DNA of 64,000 bases from an uncultured bacterium. Lineage in GTDB: Bacteria > Patescibacteriota > Minisyncoccia > Phycocordibacterales > UBA918. The notes under the pieces were generated by a model. It did not search any database. It was given only the letters and a program-made list of their open reading frames with translations, and was not told the origin of the DNA. Where the stretch lies: assembly GCA_950073265.1 (NCBI GenBank), contig CATMPJ010000002.1, forward strand, positions 2,638 to 66,637, written 5' to 3'. Made by a program: the position numbers and the translations under genes. This document shows, piece by piece, positions 39,324-48,921 of this stretch (positions within the stretch are counted from its first letter, which is position 1; the number at the start of each line of letters is the position of its first letter).

Positions 39324-41756
39324 ATGACACACAATATTACAGATCTTGTAAAAGCACACGGCAAGGTCTTACTCGCCTTTATTGCTGGCGTACTTCTTAC
39401 CTTTGCGGCCGTAGTGACAGTAAATACTGCCCTGGCTGCAACAACAGTTATTGGCCCAGACAGCCCTACTTTGACTGGGAGTAACGCGTATGAGTCCGGT
39501 ACTGGAGATGCGAGTGGACTTACGAACCTCACTCTCACCTTTGACTACGACGCTACTGCTCTTGATGGTGATGCTAGTGATCAGTTTGTGTATGGTTGGA
39601 AAAGTGATCTGACTAATGAAGAGGTGGTACTGGATACAATTAGTGGAGAGAGTGGTGATGCACCATCAGGGTCAGTCGATGTAGATTTGCCCACTTCTGC
39701 ACAAGTGAGTGATTTACAAATATTCGCCTCTTCCTCTGTGGACGCGGCAAACGATGAAGTTGTAATTACTAATCTGATCGTTAGTGGGGAGGTTGATACA
39801 GGCTCAGACCCAACTCTCGAGTCAGTTTCACCAGCAGCAGGAGCGTACGAAATTACTCTAGGTGATAATTTTGTCTGGACGGTATATGCGGATGATGTTG
39901 ATGGTGATCTCTACGAACTTGAGATCGACCACAGCCTTGAGGGTACGATACCTGAGTTTAGTGTATACGCGAGTGCCACTGATCCATACGGAGGAGACGA
40001 AGCAGAGTTCAGTGCCGCTGGTGTTACTGTAACGTACGATGAATCTGAACAGTCGTGGACAATCGATTTCGGAGAAACTGTTACCGATCTGTTTGTTAAC
40101 AACGGAATTACCTTCTTCATTGTCCTCAAAGATAATGAAGGAAATCAGTTTGGTTCTATGGACCCTACCACTAGCGACAATACCTTCGCGTACACTTTAA
40201 CTCGCGAAGCACTTGATACCTGTGAAGGTCCTGATCATTCTGTTGATTCAGGGAGTATAAGCAATACAGATACTGGCGAAGAGTTCGACACCATCCAAAA
40301 CGCGATTGATGACTGTGACACAGATGATGGAGATACAATTGAAGTCAACGGAACTACTCACGAGGAAGATGTGAATGTGACCAAGAGTGTAACACTGGAC
40401 GGTTTAGGACGATCTGCGACAATCAATGGGCAGATCACCATTCAGTCAGAAGGAGTTACTATTCAAAACTTTAATCTTACCAATCCAGGTGGATTGAAAG
40501 CTGTGTTATTAAATGGTTATGGAACTGCCGCCATCTCTGGTAATAGTTTTGTAAACGTAGGTAGCGAAGCTGGTGTAAGCGGTACCGTACATGCTTTCTG
40601 GTTCCAAGACGGATTAGATGACGTTAGTGATATCAGCATCACCAACAACATCTTTGACACAATTGGACATGCTCAAGGAGCTTCTGCTAGTGCGATTGGA
40701 ATTGGCGACTCCACTGGAGACGCGACAATTACGGACGTAACAATTTCTGGCAATAACATTTCTAATGTGGTGGCAAAGCACGACAGCAACTACTCTAACG
40801 GCGGGCGAGGTGTCTACGGAATCATCCTTAACCATGCTGATGCAGGTGGCGGACATGATGGTGCGGTAATAGATGCGTTAATCACTGACAACACCATTAA
40901 CAATCTTGAGGGTCTTTGGGTTCACGCTATTGGGTTAGAAGGAAATACTCCAAATGCTGTAGTGACCGGTAATGACATCTCAGATCTGTTCGAACACAAG
41001 CTGGCACTAGAGGGTGTGCAAGATGGAATCGGAGTATTTATTGAAGACAATGCTAGTGCTGCAAGCGTGTCGATTTCAGGGAATAATTTCGTAACTGATT
41101 CGAGTTGGTTTGGTGTAGCGGTGCACCCAAATGAAGTTGGTGATTATATACTCGATGCGGAAGAGAATTGGTGGAACACTACTTCTACCAGCACAATCGA
41201 AGAACGCATTTACGCGCCGGACGGTATTACCATTGACTATGAACCGTGGCTCTGTGAAGAAGCTCCAAGTAGCAATATCTCGGAAGATGGAAGTTGTGAT
41301 GATGTTGGAGAAGAAGTCGAAGAGGAGGAAGAATCTTCTTCAAGCAGCTCTGGCGGTACTCGCACGAGAGGCGGAAGTGGTGGTTCTAACAACAATGGTG
41401 CTCCAACCCCACAGGTATTAGGTGTTTCCACCAGTGCAGTTGGCCAATGCGGCATGCTGCTCACCACTTATATGAGCGCTGGTATGGCGAACAACACTTG
41501 GGAAGTGATGAAATTACAGGCGTTCTTGGTTGGTCAGGGATACTTTAGTGTAAAGATGACCGGTGTGTTCGATGCCGAGACTGATGCTGCAGTTAAGCTA
41601 TACCAAGCAGCGCATAGCGAAGAAATCCTCCAGCCATGGATAGATGCTGGACTAGTTACTGAACTGCCGCCAAATGGAAATGTGTACTCGTTCACTCGTT
41701 GGCATATCAATAACACCGTATGTCCAGGTGGTGAGATGCGACCAGTTCTAAACTAA
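39324..41756 (+). CDS. large secreted right-handed beta-helix (pectate-lyase-like repeat) protein with Glu/Ser/Gly linker and C-terminal peptidoglycan-binding domain
   Basis: N-terminal TM anchor; repeated NNIFDTIGH / ITDNTINN / GNDISD beta-helix repeats; EEVEEEEESSSSSSGG linker; LQAFLVGQGYFSVKMTGVFDAETDAAVKLYQ. Confidence 0.55.
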   Translation: MTHNITDLVKAHGKVLLAFIAGVLLTFAAVVTVNTALAATTVIGPDSPTLTGSNAYESGTGDASGLTNLTLTFDYDATALDGDASDQFVYGWKSDLTNEEVVLDTISGESGDAPSGSVDVDLPTSAQVSDLQIFASSSVDAANDEVVITNLIVSGEVDTGSDPTLESVSPAAGAYEITLGDNFVWTVYADDVDGDLYELEIDHSLEGTIPEFSVYASATDPYGGDEAEFSAAGVTVTYDESEQSWTIDFGETVTDLFVNNGITFFIVLKDNEGNQFGSMDPTTSDNTFAYTLTREALDTCEGPDHSVDSGSISNTDTGEEFDTIQNAIDDCDTDDGDTIEVNGTTHEEDVNVTKSVTLDGLGRSATINGQITIQSEGVTIQNFNLTNPGGLKAVLLNGYGTAAISGNSFVNVGSEAGVSGTVHAFWFQDGLDDVSDISITNNIFDTIGHAQGASASAIGIGDSTGDATITDVTISGNNISNVVAKHDSNYSNGGRGVYGIILNHADAGGGHDGAVIDALITDNTINNLEGLWVHAIGLEGNTPNAVVTGNDISDLFEHKLALEGVQDGIGVFIEDNASAASVSISGNNFVTDSSWFGVAVHPNEVGDYILDAEENWWNTTSTSTIEERIYAPDGITIDYEPWLCEEAPSSNISEDGSCDDVGEEVEEEEESSSSSSGGTRTRGGSGGSNNNGAPTPQVLGVSTSAVGQCGMLLTTYMSAGMANNTWEVMKLQAFLVGQGYFSVKMTGVFDAETDAAVKLYQAAHSEEILQPWIDAGLVTELPPNGNVYSFTRWHINNTVCPGGEMRPVLN

Positions 41757-41770
41757 TCTCAATTTAGCCC

Positions 41771-41798
41771 AAAAAATCCCCTCATGCGGGGATTTTTT
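41771..41798 (+). terminator. intrinsic terminator
   Basis: AAAAAATCCCC-TCATGC-GGGGATTTTTT. Confidence 0.7.
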
Positions 41799-41814
41799 GA
41801 TTAACATGGTGATA

Positions 41815-41843
41815 TTGACAATTTACATATAGTTTTGTATTAT
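41815..41843 (+). promoter_or_regulatory. sigma70-type promoter TTGACA-N17-TATTAT; predicted TSS falls at or after the first ATG (leaderless/short-leader mRNA)
   Basis: consensus -35, 17-nt spacer, 5/6 -10. Confidence 0.5.
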
Positions 41844-41844
41844 C

Positions 41845-42999
41845 ATGACATACAACTATATGCAATACGCACCTGACAAATTGCAGAAAATCGCTCTCGG
41901 TTTGATGGGCGGCTTGGTGGTGTTGACGTTCATGCTCGCTAACGCACATGCACTGTTGTGGCAATCCTCAGATTGGTTGGTTGGCGCGGTACTGCCTAGT
42001 ACGGTCGTTCAACTTACCAATGAAGAGCGAAGTGATAATAATGCCTCGCCATTGCTTCGCAATGCCACTCTTGATGCAGCTGCCGCGATGAAAGCAGAAC
42101 ATATGGCACGGAATGGCTATTTTGCTCACTTTGCGCCTGACGGCACCTCTCCTTGGTACTGGTTTGACCAGGCTGGCTATGTGTATGCACACGCTGGAGA
42201 AAATTTAGCTATTCATTTCACTGATTCAGACGAGGTTGTTGATGCGTGGATGAATTCTCCAACGCACCGGGCGAATATTGTTGACTCAAAATTCACAGAA
42301 ATCGGTGTTGGTACGGCAAAAGGTAAATTTAATGGTCACAACACAGTGTACGTTGTGCAGCTGTTTGGTACTCCGGCATACATCCCACCTACGCCAGTAG
42401 CTCAAACACCTCCACCAGCTCAGGTTGCAGTGGTTACGCCTGAGCCTGCAACTGTGGTCGTCGAGCAGCCTGAATCAACTGCTGTCTTAGCGGCTGAAGA
42501 TAATACGGCAACTCCAGTGGGAGCAACGGCAGCAGAAGAGCCTGAAAATGTGAGTGTGACTGAGCCAGAGACAACACAAGCTGCCAGCGAATCAGAAGCA
42601 AGTTCTCCGCAAGCTATAGCGCAAGAATCTGAAGCAATGTCAGGTACGGCAGCAAATGTGCCAGCAGTGCCGGCAGAATTGGCCGCCCAGCCTACTTCGC
42701 TCCAAATGTCTATGATGAGCATATCTTCAGGCTTGGCCGCTGCAAATTCTGTTCCTGAAGCACAAGAATCCGCACAAGAAGTATCATTTTTATCTTTAGC
42801 AACACAGCCAAATACGGTTCTGCAAGTTTCGTACACGCTAATCGCCTTGGCGGTGTTTGTGCTGCTCATCCTTTCGTTTGTTAATGAGCTCAAACACGCT
42901 CATCCAGTCCAGATGGCATACAGCGTGGCTCTTCTCCTGCTTATGGTTGGCTTGTATCAGCTTCATGCCACTTTGACTCAGGGTGCTATAATAGTCTAA
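41845..42999 (+). CDS. CAP/SCP/PR-1 superfamily (YkwD-like) secreted protein with Pro/Thr/Ala-rich region and C-terminal TM anchor
   Basis: MARNGYFAHF..AHAGENLA..NSPTHRANI..EIGVG CAP motifs; low-complexity PPAQVAVVTPEPA; terminal hydrophobic helix. Confidence 0.6.
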   Translation: MTYNYMQYAPDKLQKIALGLMGGLVVLTFMLANAHALLWQSSDWLVGAVLPSTVVQLTNEERSDNNASPLLRNATLDAAAAMKAEHMARNGYFAHFAPDGTSPWYWFDQAGYVYAHAGENLAIHFTDSDEVVDAWMNSPTHRANIVDSKFTEIGVGTAKGKFNGHNTVYVVQLFGTPAYIPPTPVAQTPPPAQVAVVTPEPATVVVEQPESTAVLAAEDNTATPVGATAAEEPENVSVTEPETTQAASESEASSPQAIAQESEAMSGTAANVPAVPAELAAQPTSLQMSMMSISSGLAAANSVPEAQESAQEVSFLSLATQPNTVLQVSYTLIALAVFVLLILSFVNELKHAHPVQMAYSVALLLLMVGLYQLHATLTQGAIIV

Positions 43000-43436
43000 T
43001 GAATACAAAAGTAGTCTTTGTACCTGCAAATACTGAAGCGACAGAGATTAAAAACCAGCCGCTGTACGCTTCGCGTACAGCGGCTGGTTTTGGGGTGCCA
43101 GGCGACGATACTATCGAAGATTCACTCAACCTACACGACTATTTAGTCAAAAATCCCACCGCAACCTTTTTTGTGCGTGTAACGGGAGATTCAATGGAAG
43201 GGGCAAAAATATTTGACGATGACGTACTGGTAGTCGATAGATCTCTCACACCGAAACATGGTCGAATCGTGGTTGCTGCTGTGTCTGGGGAATTGTTGGT
43301 CAAACGCTTACATGAATCTAAACAAGGAATATTTCTGATATCTGAAAATGAAGGATATGAACCGATTCCGCTTACTAATGACACAGAATGTTACATCTGG
43401 GGCGTCGTCTGTGGTACGGCGCGAAAGCTGGGGTGA
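42999..43436 (+). CDS. umuD: UmuD-like S24 peptidase (no N-terminal DNA-binding domain)
   Basis: Ala-Gly cleavage-site region AAGFGVPG, Ser nucleophile GDSM, Lys in LVKRL; aligns by eye to E. coli UmuD. Confidence 0.65.
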   Translation: MNTKVVFVPANTEATEIKNQPLYASRTAAGFGVPGDDTIEDSLNLHDYLVKNPTATFFVRVTGDSMEGAKIFDDDVLVVDRSLTPKHGRIVVAAVSGELLVKRLHESKQGIFLISENEGYEPIPLTNDTECYIWGVVCGTARKLG

Positions 43437-43485
43437 ACATGTTTGTTTGACGTAAGACAAGCGCAACGACCACGTCATAACTAGT

Positions 43486-44688
43486 ATGAAAATCACAACC
43501 GCATCATATTTAAACTGGCTGTTTTTAGCCCTGATTGCCGTACTCGGCTATTTATTCGCTCCATCCCAAGCGGCAGCCGCCGAACCAAAGGTTGCTGGCT
43601 GGATACCATACTGGGCGGCTGAAGCTGGGATTGAGAGTGCTATTGAAAATATAGATAAACTCGATACCATTCATCCTTTCGTATATGAGGTGACAGCAAA
43701 TGGAACGCTGGTCAATAAAGTTGATTTTGATGATTCTGAGTGGGAAGACTTATTTGAAGCAGCGGAAGAAAACGATGTTGAAATTATTCCAACTGTAGCG
43801 TGGTTTGATGGTGCTGCCATTCACAACACATTGAGTAATAAGTCAAAGCGAAAGAAGCACGTTGCGGCTATCGAAAAGGAGTTTGATCGTTATGATTTTG
43901 ATGGAATTGATATTGACTATGAAGGCAAAAAGGCTGATACCATCGACGACTTTTCAACCTTCCTCAAAGAGCTTAATAAGGCCCTTGGTAAAGGAACGCT
44001 TACTTGCACTGTAGAAGCACGTACCCCAGCAGATTCGCTTTATCGTGACGTACCAAAGAATATTAAGTACGCCAATGATTACGACAAAATGAATGAATAT
44101 TGCGACCGTATTGAAATCATGGCGTACGATCAGCAACGCGCAGACTTAAAGCTAAACGATAAACGACGCGGTGTTCCGTACATGCCGGTAGCTGATGAAG
44201 AGTGGGTAGAAAAGGTGCTTGATCTAGCGGTTGAAGATATTGATGAAGATAAAATAATGCTCGGTGTGGCAACCTATGGCCGAGCTTGGGATGTTACAGT
44301 GGCACCAGAATGGTACAAAGACTATACTAAAGTGGCTACCTTAAACAATCCTCGCATTCAGGAGTTGTCAAAAATATACAAAGCACCGATTGGTCGCACC
44401 GCCGGCGGAGAAGCGATTATTAGCTACTTCCCAGAAGATTCTGTCTACAAAGTATTTAACGCCTTACCAACCCCAACAGGCACTCCTAAAGGCTATGAGG
44501 CAGCTGCTAAGGCACTTTTAGTAGCAAATATGGCCAAGATTGAATTGCCAGTTCGAATCGTGGTCTGGGATGATGCAGAAGCTATGGAAGACAAGCTTGA
44601 TATCGTAGAAAAGTACAACCTCCGGGGTACATCAATCTTTAAGATAGACGGAGAAGAGGATCCTGGTATCTGGAAACTGTTGAAGTAA
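43486..44688 (+). CDS. glycoside hydrolase family 18 (chitinase-like) secreted protein
   Basis: signal peptide; DGIDIDYE catalytic DxxDxDxE motif. Confidence 0.75.
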   Translation: MKITTASYLNWLFLALIAVLGYLFAPSQAAAAEPKVAGWIPYWAAEAGIESAIENIDKLDTIHPFVYEVTANGTLVNKVDFDDSEWEDLFEAAEENDVEIIPTVAWFDGAAIHNTLSNKSKRKKHVAAIEKEFDRYDFDGIDIDYEGKKADTIDDFSTFLKELNKALGKGTLTCTVEARTPADSLYRDVPKNIKYANDYDKMNEYCDRIEIMAYDQQRADLKLNDKRRGVPYMPVADEEWVEKVLDLAVEDIDEDKIMLGVATYGRAWDVTVAPEWYKDYTKVATLNNPRIQELSKIYKAPIGRTAGGEAIISYFPEDSVYKVFNALPTPTGTPKGYEAAAKALLVANMAKIELPVRIVVWDDAEAMEDKLDIVEKYNLRGTSIFKIDGEEDPGIWKLLK

Positions 44689-44695
44689 TAAAACC

Positions 44696-44719
44696 AAAAC
44701 CGCCGTGTGGCGGTTTTTA
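44696..44719 (+). terminator. intrinsic terminator after GH18 gene; followed by TATAAT -10 box (44724-44729) for umuC
   Basis: AAAACCGCC-GTGT-GGCGGTTTTT. Confidence 0.55.
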
Positions 44720-44737
44720 CTTGATATAATTACTGAC

Positions 44738-45991
44738 ATGAAACAACAGTGGGTGGGGCTCTTAGATTGCAACAATTTCTTCGTATCATGTGAGCGACTG
44801 TTTCGCCCTGATCTTGAGAACAAGCCGGTTGCCGTACTCTCCTCAAACGACGGCTGTATCGTTGCACGCAGCCAAGAGATAAAAGACATGGAAATACCAA
44901 TGGGTGTCCCTTATTTCCAAGTAAAGGACATATTAAAGACAAATAATGCAGTAGTATTTTCTGGCAACCATCGTCTGTATCGAACTATTTCAAAACGTGT
45001 GTTTGCTACGATGGAAACGGTTCAAAATCCCATAGAACAATACTCAGTCGACGAAGCTTTTTTTTATTTTTTCGGTACTGAAGAAGAAGCGAGACAGCAG
45101 ATATTGATGATAAAAGAGACGGTGGAGAAAGAGGTGGGGGTGCCAGTTTCAGTCGGCATAAGTTTGTCAAAGACATTGGCTAAAGTAGCAAACGAGATGA
45201 ATAAGAAAACAACGGGTCTAAAGTTGCTAGATTTTGAAGAATGGTCTCAAATTAACCTTTCGTACCCACTAGCTTCAATCTGGGGAATTGGTCGTAACTT
45301 TTCCAAACGATTGCGAGAAGATGGGTTAATCTCAGTGTCAGATTTTTTGGCAGCAGACCCTGGCCGGGTGCGCAGATTGTATGGAGTGGTGGGAGAAAGA
45401 ATCAGACAAGAATTACAAGGAATAAGTGTTCTCTCCGCTAAAAATCGAGAGCTCAAGCAGAGTATCATGAGCTCTCGATCTTTTGGCAAAGAAACTATAG
45501 CTCTCTCTGTATTAGAAGAAGCGATTTCTTATCATGTGGAGCAAGTGTCATATGATCTGCGACAAGCTGGAGCGTGCGCAACCAAGGTTGCTGTGTTTAT
45601 TTCGCCCAGTAGACACGGTGATTTTGTTTTACAAAGTCGATACGGTGAACGAGATTTCTTAGCGCCTATCTCAACCACTAGAGATATTGGGGTAATAGCG
45701 ATACAACTACTGCGTGAATTGTATGTCACCGGTGTTCCTTATAAGAAAGCAGGGGTACGAGTAAGTGGCATCCAGCCTTTTGCCGTCCAACAGTTATCTT
45801 TGTTTACACCAGTGGCCAAAAAAATACCAGATCCACTTCAATCTACTATTGATGTAGTGAATAGACGTTTTAAAACCGGACGTATCCATCAAGGGTTTCT
45901 GGAAGGTGCACGAAAGTATAGTGCCATAGCAAATCAACAGTCACCGGCTTATACAACATCTTGGGGAGAATTACCGGTCGTAAAAGCATAA
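44738..45991 (+). CDS. umuC: Y-family DNA polymerase UmuC/DinB-like
   Basis: start at MKQQWVGLLDCNNFFVSCE (DxNxFxxSCE), SLDE-like motif (YSVDEAF), palm/fingers/little-finger organisation. Confidence 0.75.
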   Translation: MKQQWVGLLDCNNFFVSCERLFRPDLENKPVAVLSSNDGCIVARSQEIKDMEIPMGVPYFQVKDILKTNNAVVFSGNHRLYRTISKRVFATMETVQNPIEQYSVDEAFFYFFGTEEEARQQILMIKETVEKEVGVPVSVGISLSKTLAKVANEMNKKTTGLKLLDFEEWSQINLSYPLASIWGIGRNFSKRLREDGLISVSDFLAADPGRVRRLYGVVGERIRQELQGISVLSAKNRELKQSIMSSRSFGKETIALSVLEEAISYHVEQVSYDLRQAGACATKVAVFISPSRHGDFVLQSRYGERDFLAPISTTRDIGVIAIQLLRELYVTGVPYKKAGVRVSGIQPFAVQQLSLFTPVAKKIPDPLQSTIDVVNRRFKTGRIHQGFLEGARKYSAIANQQSPAYTTSWGELPVVKA

Positions 45992-46362
45992 TATTTTTGT
46001 AAACGACGCTTGTACTTTAGAAAAAATTACGGTCACGTCCGTAATAAGCTTAGAAAAGCTTTTAAAAACTTGCATATATTAAAGACCAAAAGTCATCAGA
46101 TGTGGGTTATCAACAGATTCTTTTGAGACCTTTATAAATTGAGCACGTATAATCCCAGGTAGACGGTCCTAAACTATGCTTATACACCGCTTGGTAAGGC
46201 TACCAATTTTTAACAAGCTAGGTTGTGTATCTCCACAAAATAGTTAAGATCGGACAGGTTGGTTTTGCGCCTTATTAAACCTGTAGAGTGAGAAAGCCCA
46301 GTGTTTTATAAAGTCGAGGTTAGTTAAAACTAGTCTTAATACGTATCAGTTGGTATGAGTAT

Positions 46363-47439
46363 ATGCGCCTAATTTTTTCTACACCTCAACTTTTTCTGCT
46401 ATTTATTTTGAGCATTGCGATTTTCTTTTTCGGAAACGCACAAATGATCCTGGCAGAAACAGCAGATACGGTTGGGGTTAGTATATCGCCTACGCTTATT
46501 GAAGAGACACAATTGCCAGGTTCAATAGGGCAGTACTCAATTTCCATAAACAACGAAACTCAGGTTGAACAAACATATACTATTTCTGCAAAGAGCGTCA
46601 GAGGGATGGATTCTTCTGGCAATCCTATTTTTTCTGAATACGGAGTAAATGGTTTTGAGATTGCTGATTGGATAGACTTTAACAGTAGCCAAGTCTCGGT
46701 ACCAGCGGGTCAGAAGGAGGCGGTTAATTTCACTGTATCCGTTCCAGCCGACGCTGCGGCCGGGAGTCATATTGGGAGTGTTTTTGTCACGGCACAACCG
46801 CCGGAAATTGAAGGTAGTGGACTTGCAGTTGGATATAGTGTCGGAAACATTCTGCATCTCATCGTAGACGGAGAATCGACTACGACTGCTTCAGTAATAC
46901 GCTTTTCGACTGATAAGTACATATACGGATCAGCGCCGGTTAATTTTTCACTACAACTTGAAAATACTGGTACGATCTTAATCCGACCGCAAGGGGTGTT
47001 GGAGATTAGAGATATGTTGGGGAGAAGAGTAGAGGCACTTGCTACTAATAAGGAGCGTGTCGGTATATTGCCAGACAGCTTACGAATTTTCACAGTAGGT
47101 TGGGAAAAGCAACAGGTTGGTTTTGGTCGCTATACTGCGATCCTGACTATGTCATATGGTGATTTAGAGACACTAAGCACGCTCTCTGGCACCACTACGT
47201 TTTGGATTCTGCCTCCGCGGGTTATTCTGCCAGCCCTAATCGGCTGGGGAGTAACCTTATCGCTTTTACTTATTTTGCTTAAGATGTGTGGAAGAAAAAG
47301 AATGTCTTTACGCACATTTAGTCTGCAACGGGCAACGAAGCAGCGTAGAAAGAAGGTTTTACGAATTCTTATGTCGTTTGTTCTAATGGTTTTTGTTACC
47401 GTGCTCTACTTTATCGCGTTACTTTTTATTTTTAGCTAA
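46363..47439 (+). CDS. cell-surface protein, DUF916/DUF3324-like (signal peptide, Ig-like middle, C-terminal TM and basic tail)
   Basis: architecture resembling Gram-positive WxL-cluster DUF916 proteins; tentative. Confidence 0.4.
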   Translation: MRLIFSTPQLFLLFILSIAIFFFGNAQMILAETADTVGVSISPTLIEETQLPGSIGQYSISINNETQVEQTYTISAKSVRGMDSSGNPIFSEYGVNGFEIADWIDFNSSQVSVPAGQKEAVNFTVSVPADAAAGSHIGSVFVTAQPPEIEGSGLAVGYSVGNILHLIVDGESTTTASVIRFSTDKYIYGSAPVNFSLQLENTGTILIRPQGVLEIRDMLGRRVEALATNKERVGILPDSLRIFTVGWEKQQVGFGRYTAILTMSYGDLETLSTLSGTTTFWILPPRVILPALIGWGVTLSLLLILLKMCGRKRMSLRTFSLQRATKQRRKKVLRILMSFVLMVFVTVLYFIALLFIFS

Positions 47440-47512
47440 ACGAGCATGTGGGGCGTGCCTGTTGTGGGTAAAAATTTTTCAGATGCACATTCACACTATA
47501 TAATTAACACGT

Positions 47513-47983
47513 ATGTCCTTTCTACAACGAATCAAAAGTAAAAATATTCGAAGTGGAAACACTATTTCCTTGTCGAAGGATAAGCAAACCGAAGCAAATA
47601 CCGTCGCACAGCTGCATGTTGACGTGCATCAATCAGAGCAGATGACTGTTATATACGCTCAGTGCGCTGGTGCTGATATGAGTGATGTTCATATTTCTAT
47701 TGAAGGCGAGGGTAACATAATTTTGATTGAAGGTAAGAGAGTTCGGCCTGAATATATTGTTTTTAAAAAAAAGACTCATTCTGGGTCCTTTGTTGTTGAG
47801 GAGTGTAAGTGGGGAGAGTTTTATCGACGCATTATCTTACCAGACAGCGTAGACACCCAAAAAGCAGAAGCAAAAATAAAGAATGGTGTCCTCATTCTTG
47901 TCTTACCGACGCTCGAAAAGACTGAAGAAGATGTAACGCAAAGGGCGGTGAGTAAAGGTGCTTCACATAAAACAAAATTGTAG
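47513..47983 (+). CDS. Hsp20/alpha-crystallin family small heat-shock protein
   Basis: alpha-crystallin domain (FYRRIILPDSVDTQKAEAKIKNGVLILVLP). Confidence 0.7.
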   Translation: MSFLQRIKSKNIRSGNTISLSKDKQTEANTVAQLHVDVHQSEQMTVIYAQCAGADMSDVHISIEGEGNIILIEGKRVRPEYIVFKKKTHSGSFVVEECKWGEFYRRIILPDSVDTQKAEAKIKNGVLILVLPTLEKTEEDVTQRAVSKGASHKTKL

Positions 47984-47986
47984 TCT

Positions 47987-48562
47987 ATGAAAGTAATCTC
48001 ACAAAAAAACCAAAAATCATCTATGCAAAGAATAAGCATAGTACTCCTGTTTTTATGCTTCATGAGTGCAGCCCTCTCATATCCATTTTTCTCCGCCAAT
48101 TCACAAACTGAGTCTGATGCTGACTATTTCATTGTTGCAGAGTATAGGTCTTCTTCGTCTGAGGCTGTTGCCGGTGAATCAAAGATACCTACTGAAGAAG
48201 TGGTAGTGAGCAACAGTGCAACTCCACCAGAGCCAAAAGCACAGAATTACATGCATATTCTTACGGTATTGCTTTTGCTCGGTGTCATAGGGTTGTTACT
48301 TGTTTATATTCTATCTGTAAGGAACCTAACTCGTAGACGGGAACAAAGATTACAGGAGGAGGTAAAGGAGACTGCTAGTCAGGTGGGAAAAATTTTTTCA
48401 GCTTTACGAGATGAGATATATGATCAGATTGCGAACATGTATACACGAAAAAACTTAACAACTAAAGAGAAGGAGGTTATCACTGCACTCACTGAAGCAT
48501 TGGAGGTTTCAGAAATTTTGATTGACAAGGAAATAAGCGAAGTACGTACCACTGTTAAGTAA
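47987..48562 (+). CDS. hypothetical bitopic membrane protein with coiled-coil C-terminus
   Basis: signal/TM, second TM, Glu/Lys-rich helical tail. Confidence 0.35.
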   Translation: MKVISQKNQKSSMQRISIVLLFLCFMSAALSYPFFSANSQTESDADYFIVAEYRSSSSEAVAGESKIPTEEVVVSNSATPPEPKAQNYMHILTVLLLLGVIGLLLVYILSVRNLTRRREQRLQEEVKETASQVGKIFSALRDEIYDQIANMYTRKNLTTKEKEVITALTEALEVSEILIDKEISEVRTTVK

Positions 48563-48921
48563 ATCTTCTTGGCTACGAGCACCGGAAATGTACCACGTGA
48601 AGCTGTCGGACGTTTTTTGTGCATAACCCACACCAGGCAAAAACCATACGACATATACTAAACGTGTACCTGGAGAGGAAGTGAGATAATTAATGTCACT
48701 GTTCAGTTGTTGTCCCTTGAGATGGAATAGATTTTGCCTAACGCGGTCTATTTTTCACAAGCTGAAGCATCTGAAGGCACTTTAGCCGAGTGTTGCTTCA
48801 TCAGGTATGTAAGTGGCGCCATTTATGATGAGGTGTGGAGACTTTGTCACAAGGCTTGGGCACCTGCTCAACTAAGATATATTTCTTAGGCAAATCTTAC
48901 TAAATACAACGTAGAGTAAAT

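Noticed and set aside
42420-42893. 157-aa minus-strand ORF
   Set aside because: Antisense to the Pro/Thr/Ala low-complexity part of the CAP-domain gene; Ala/Ser-rich mirror translation.
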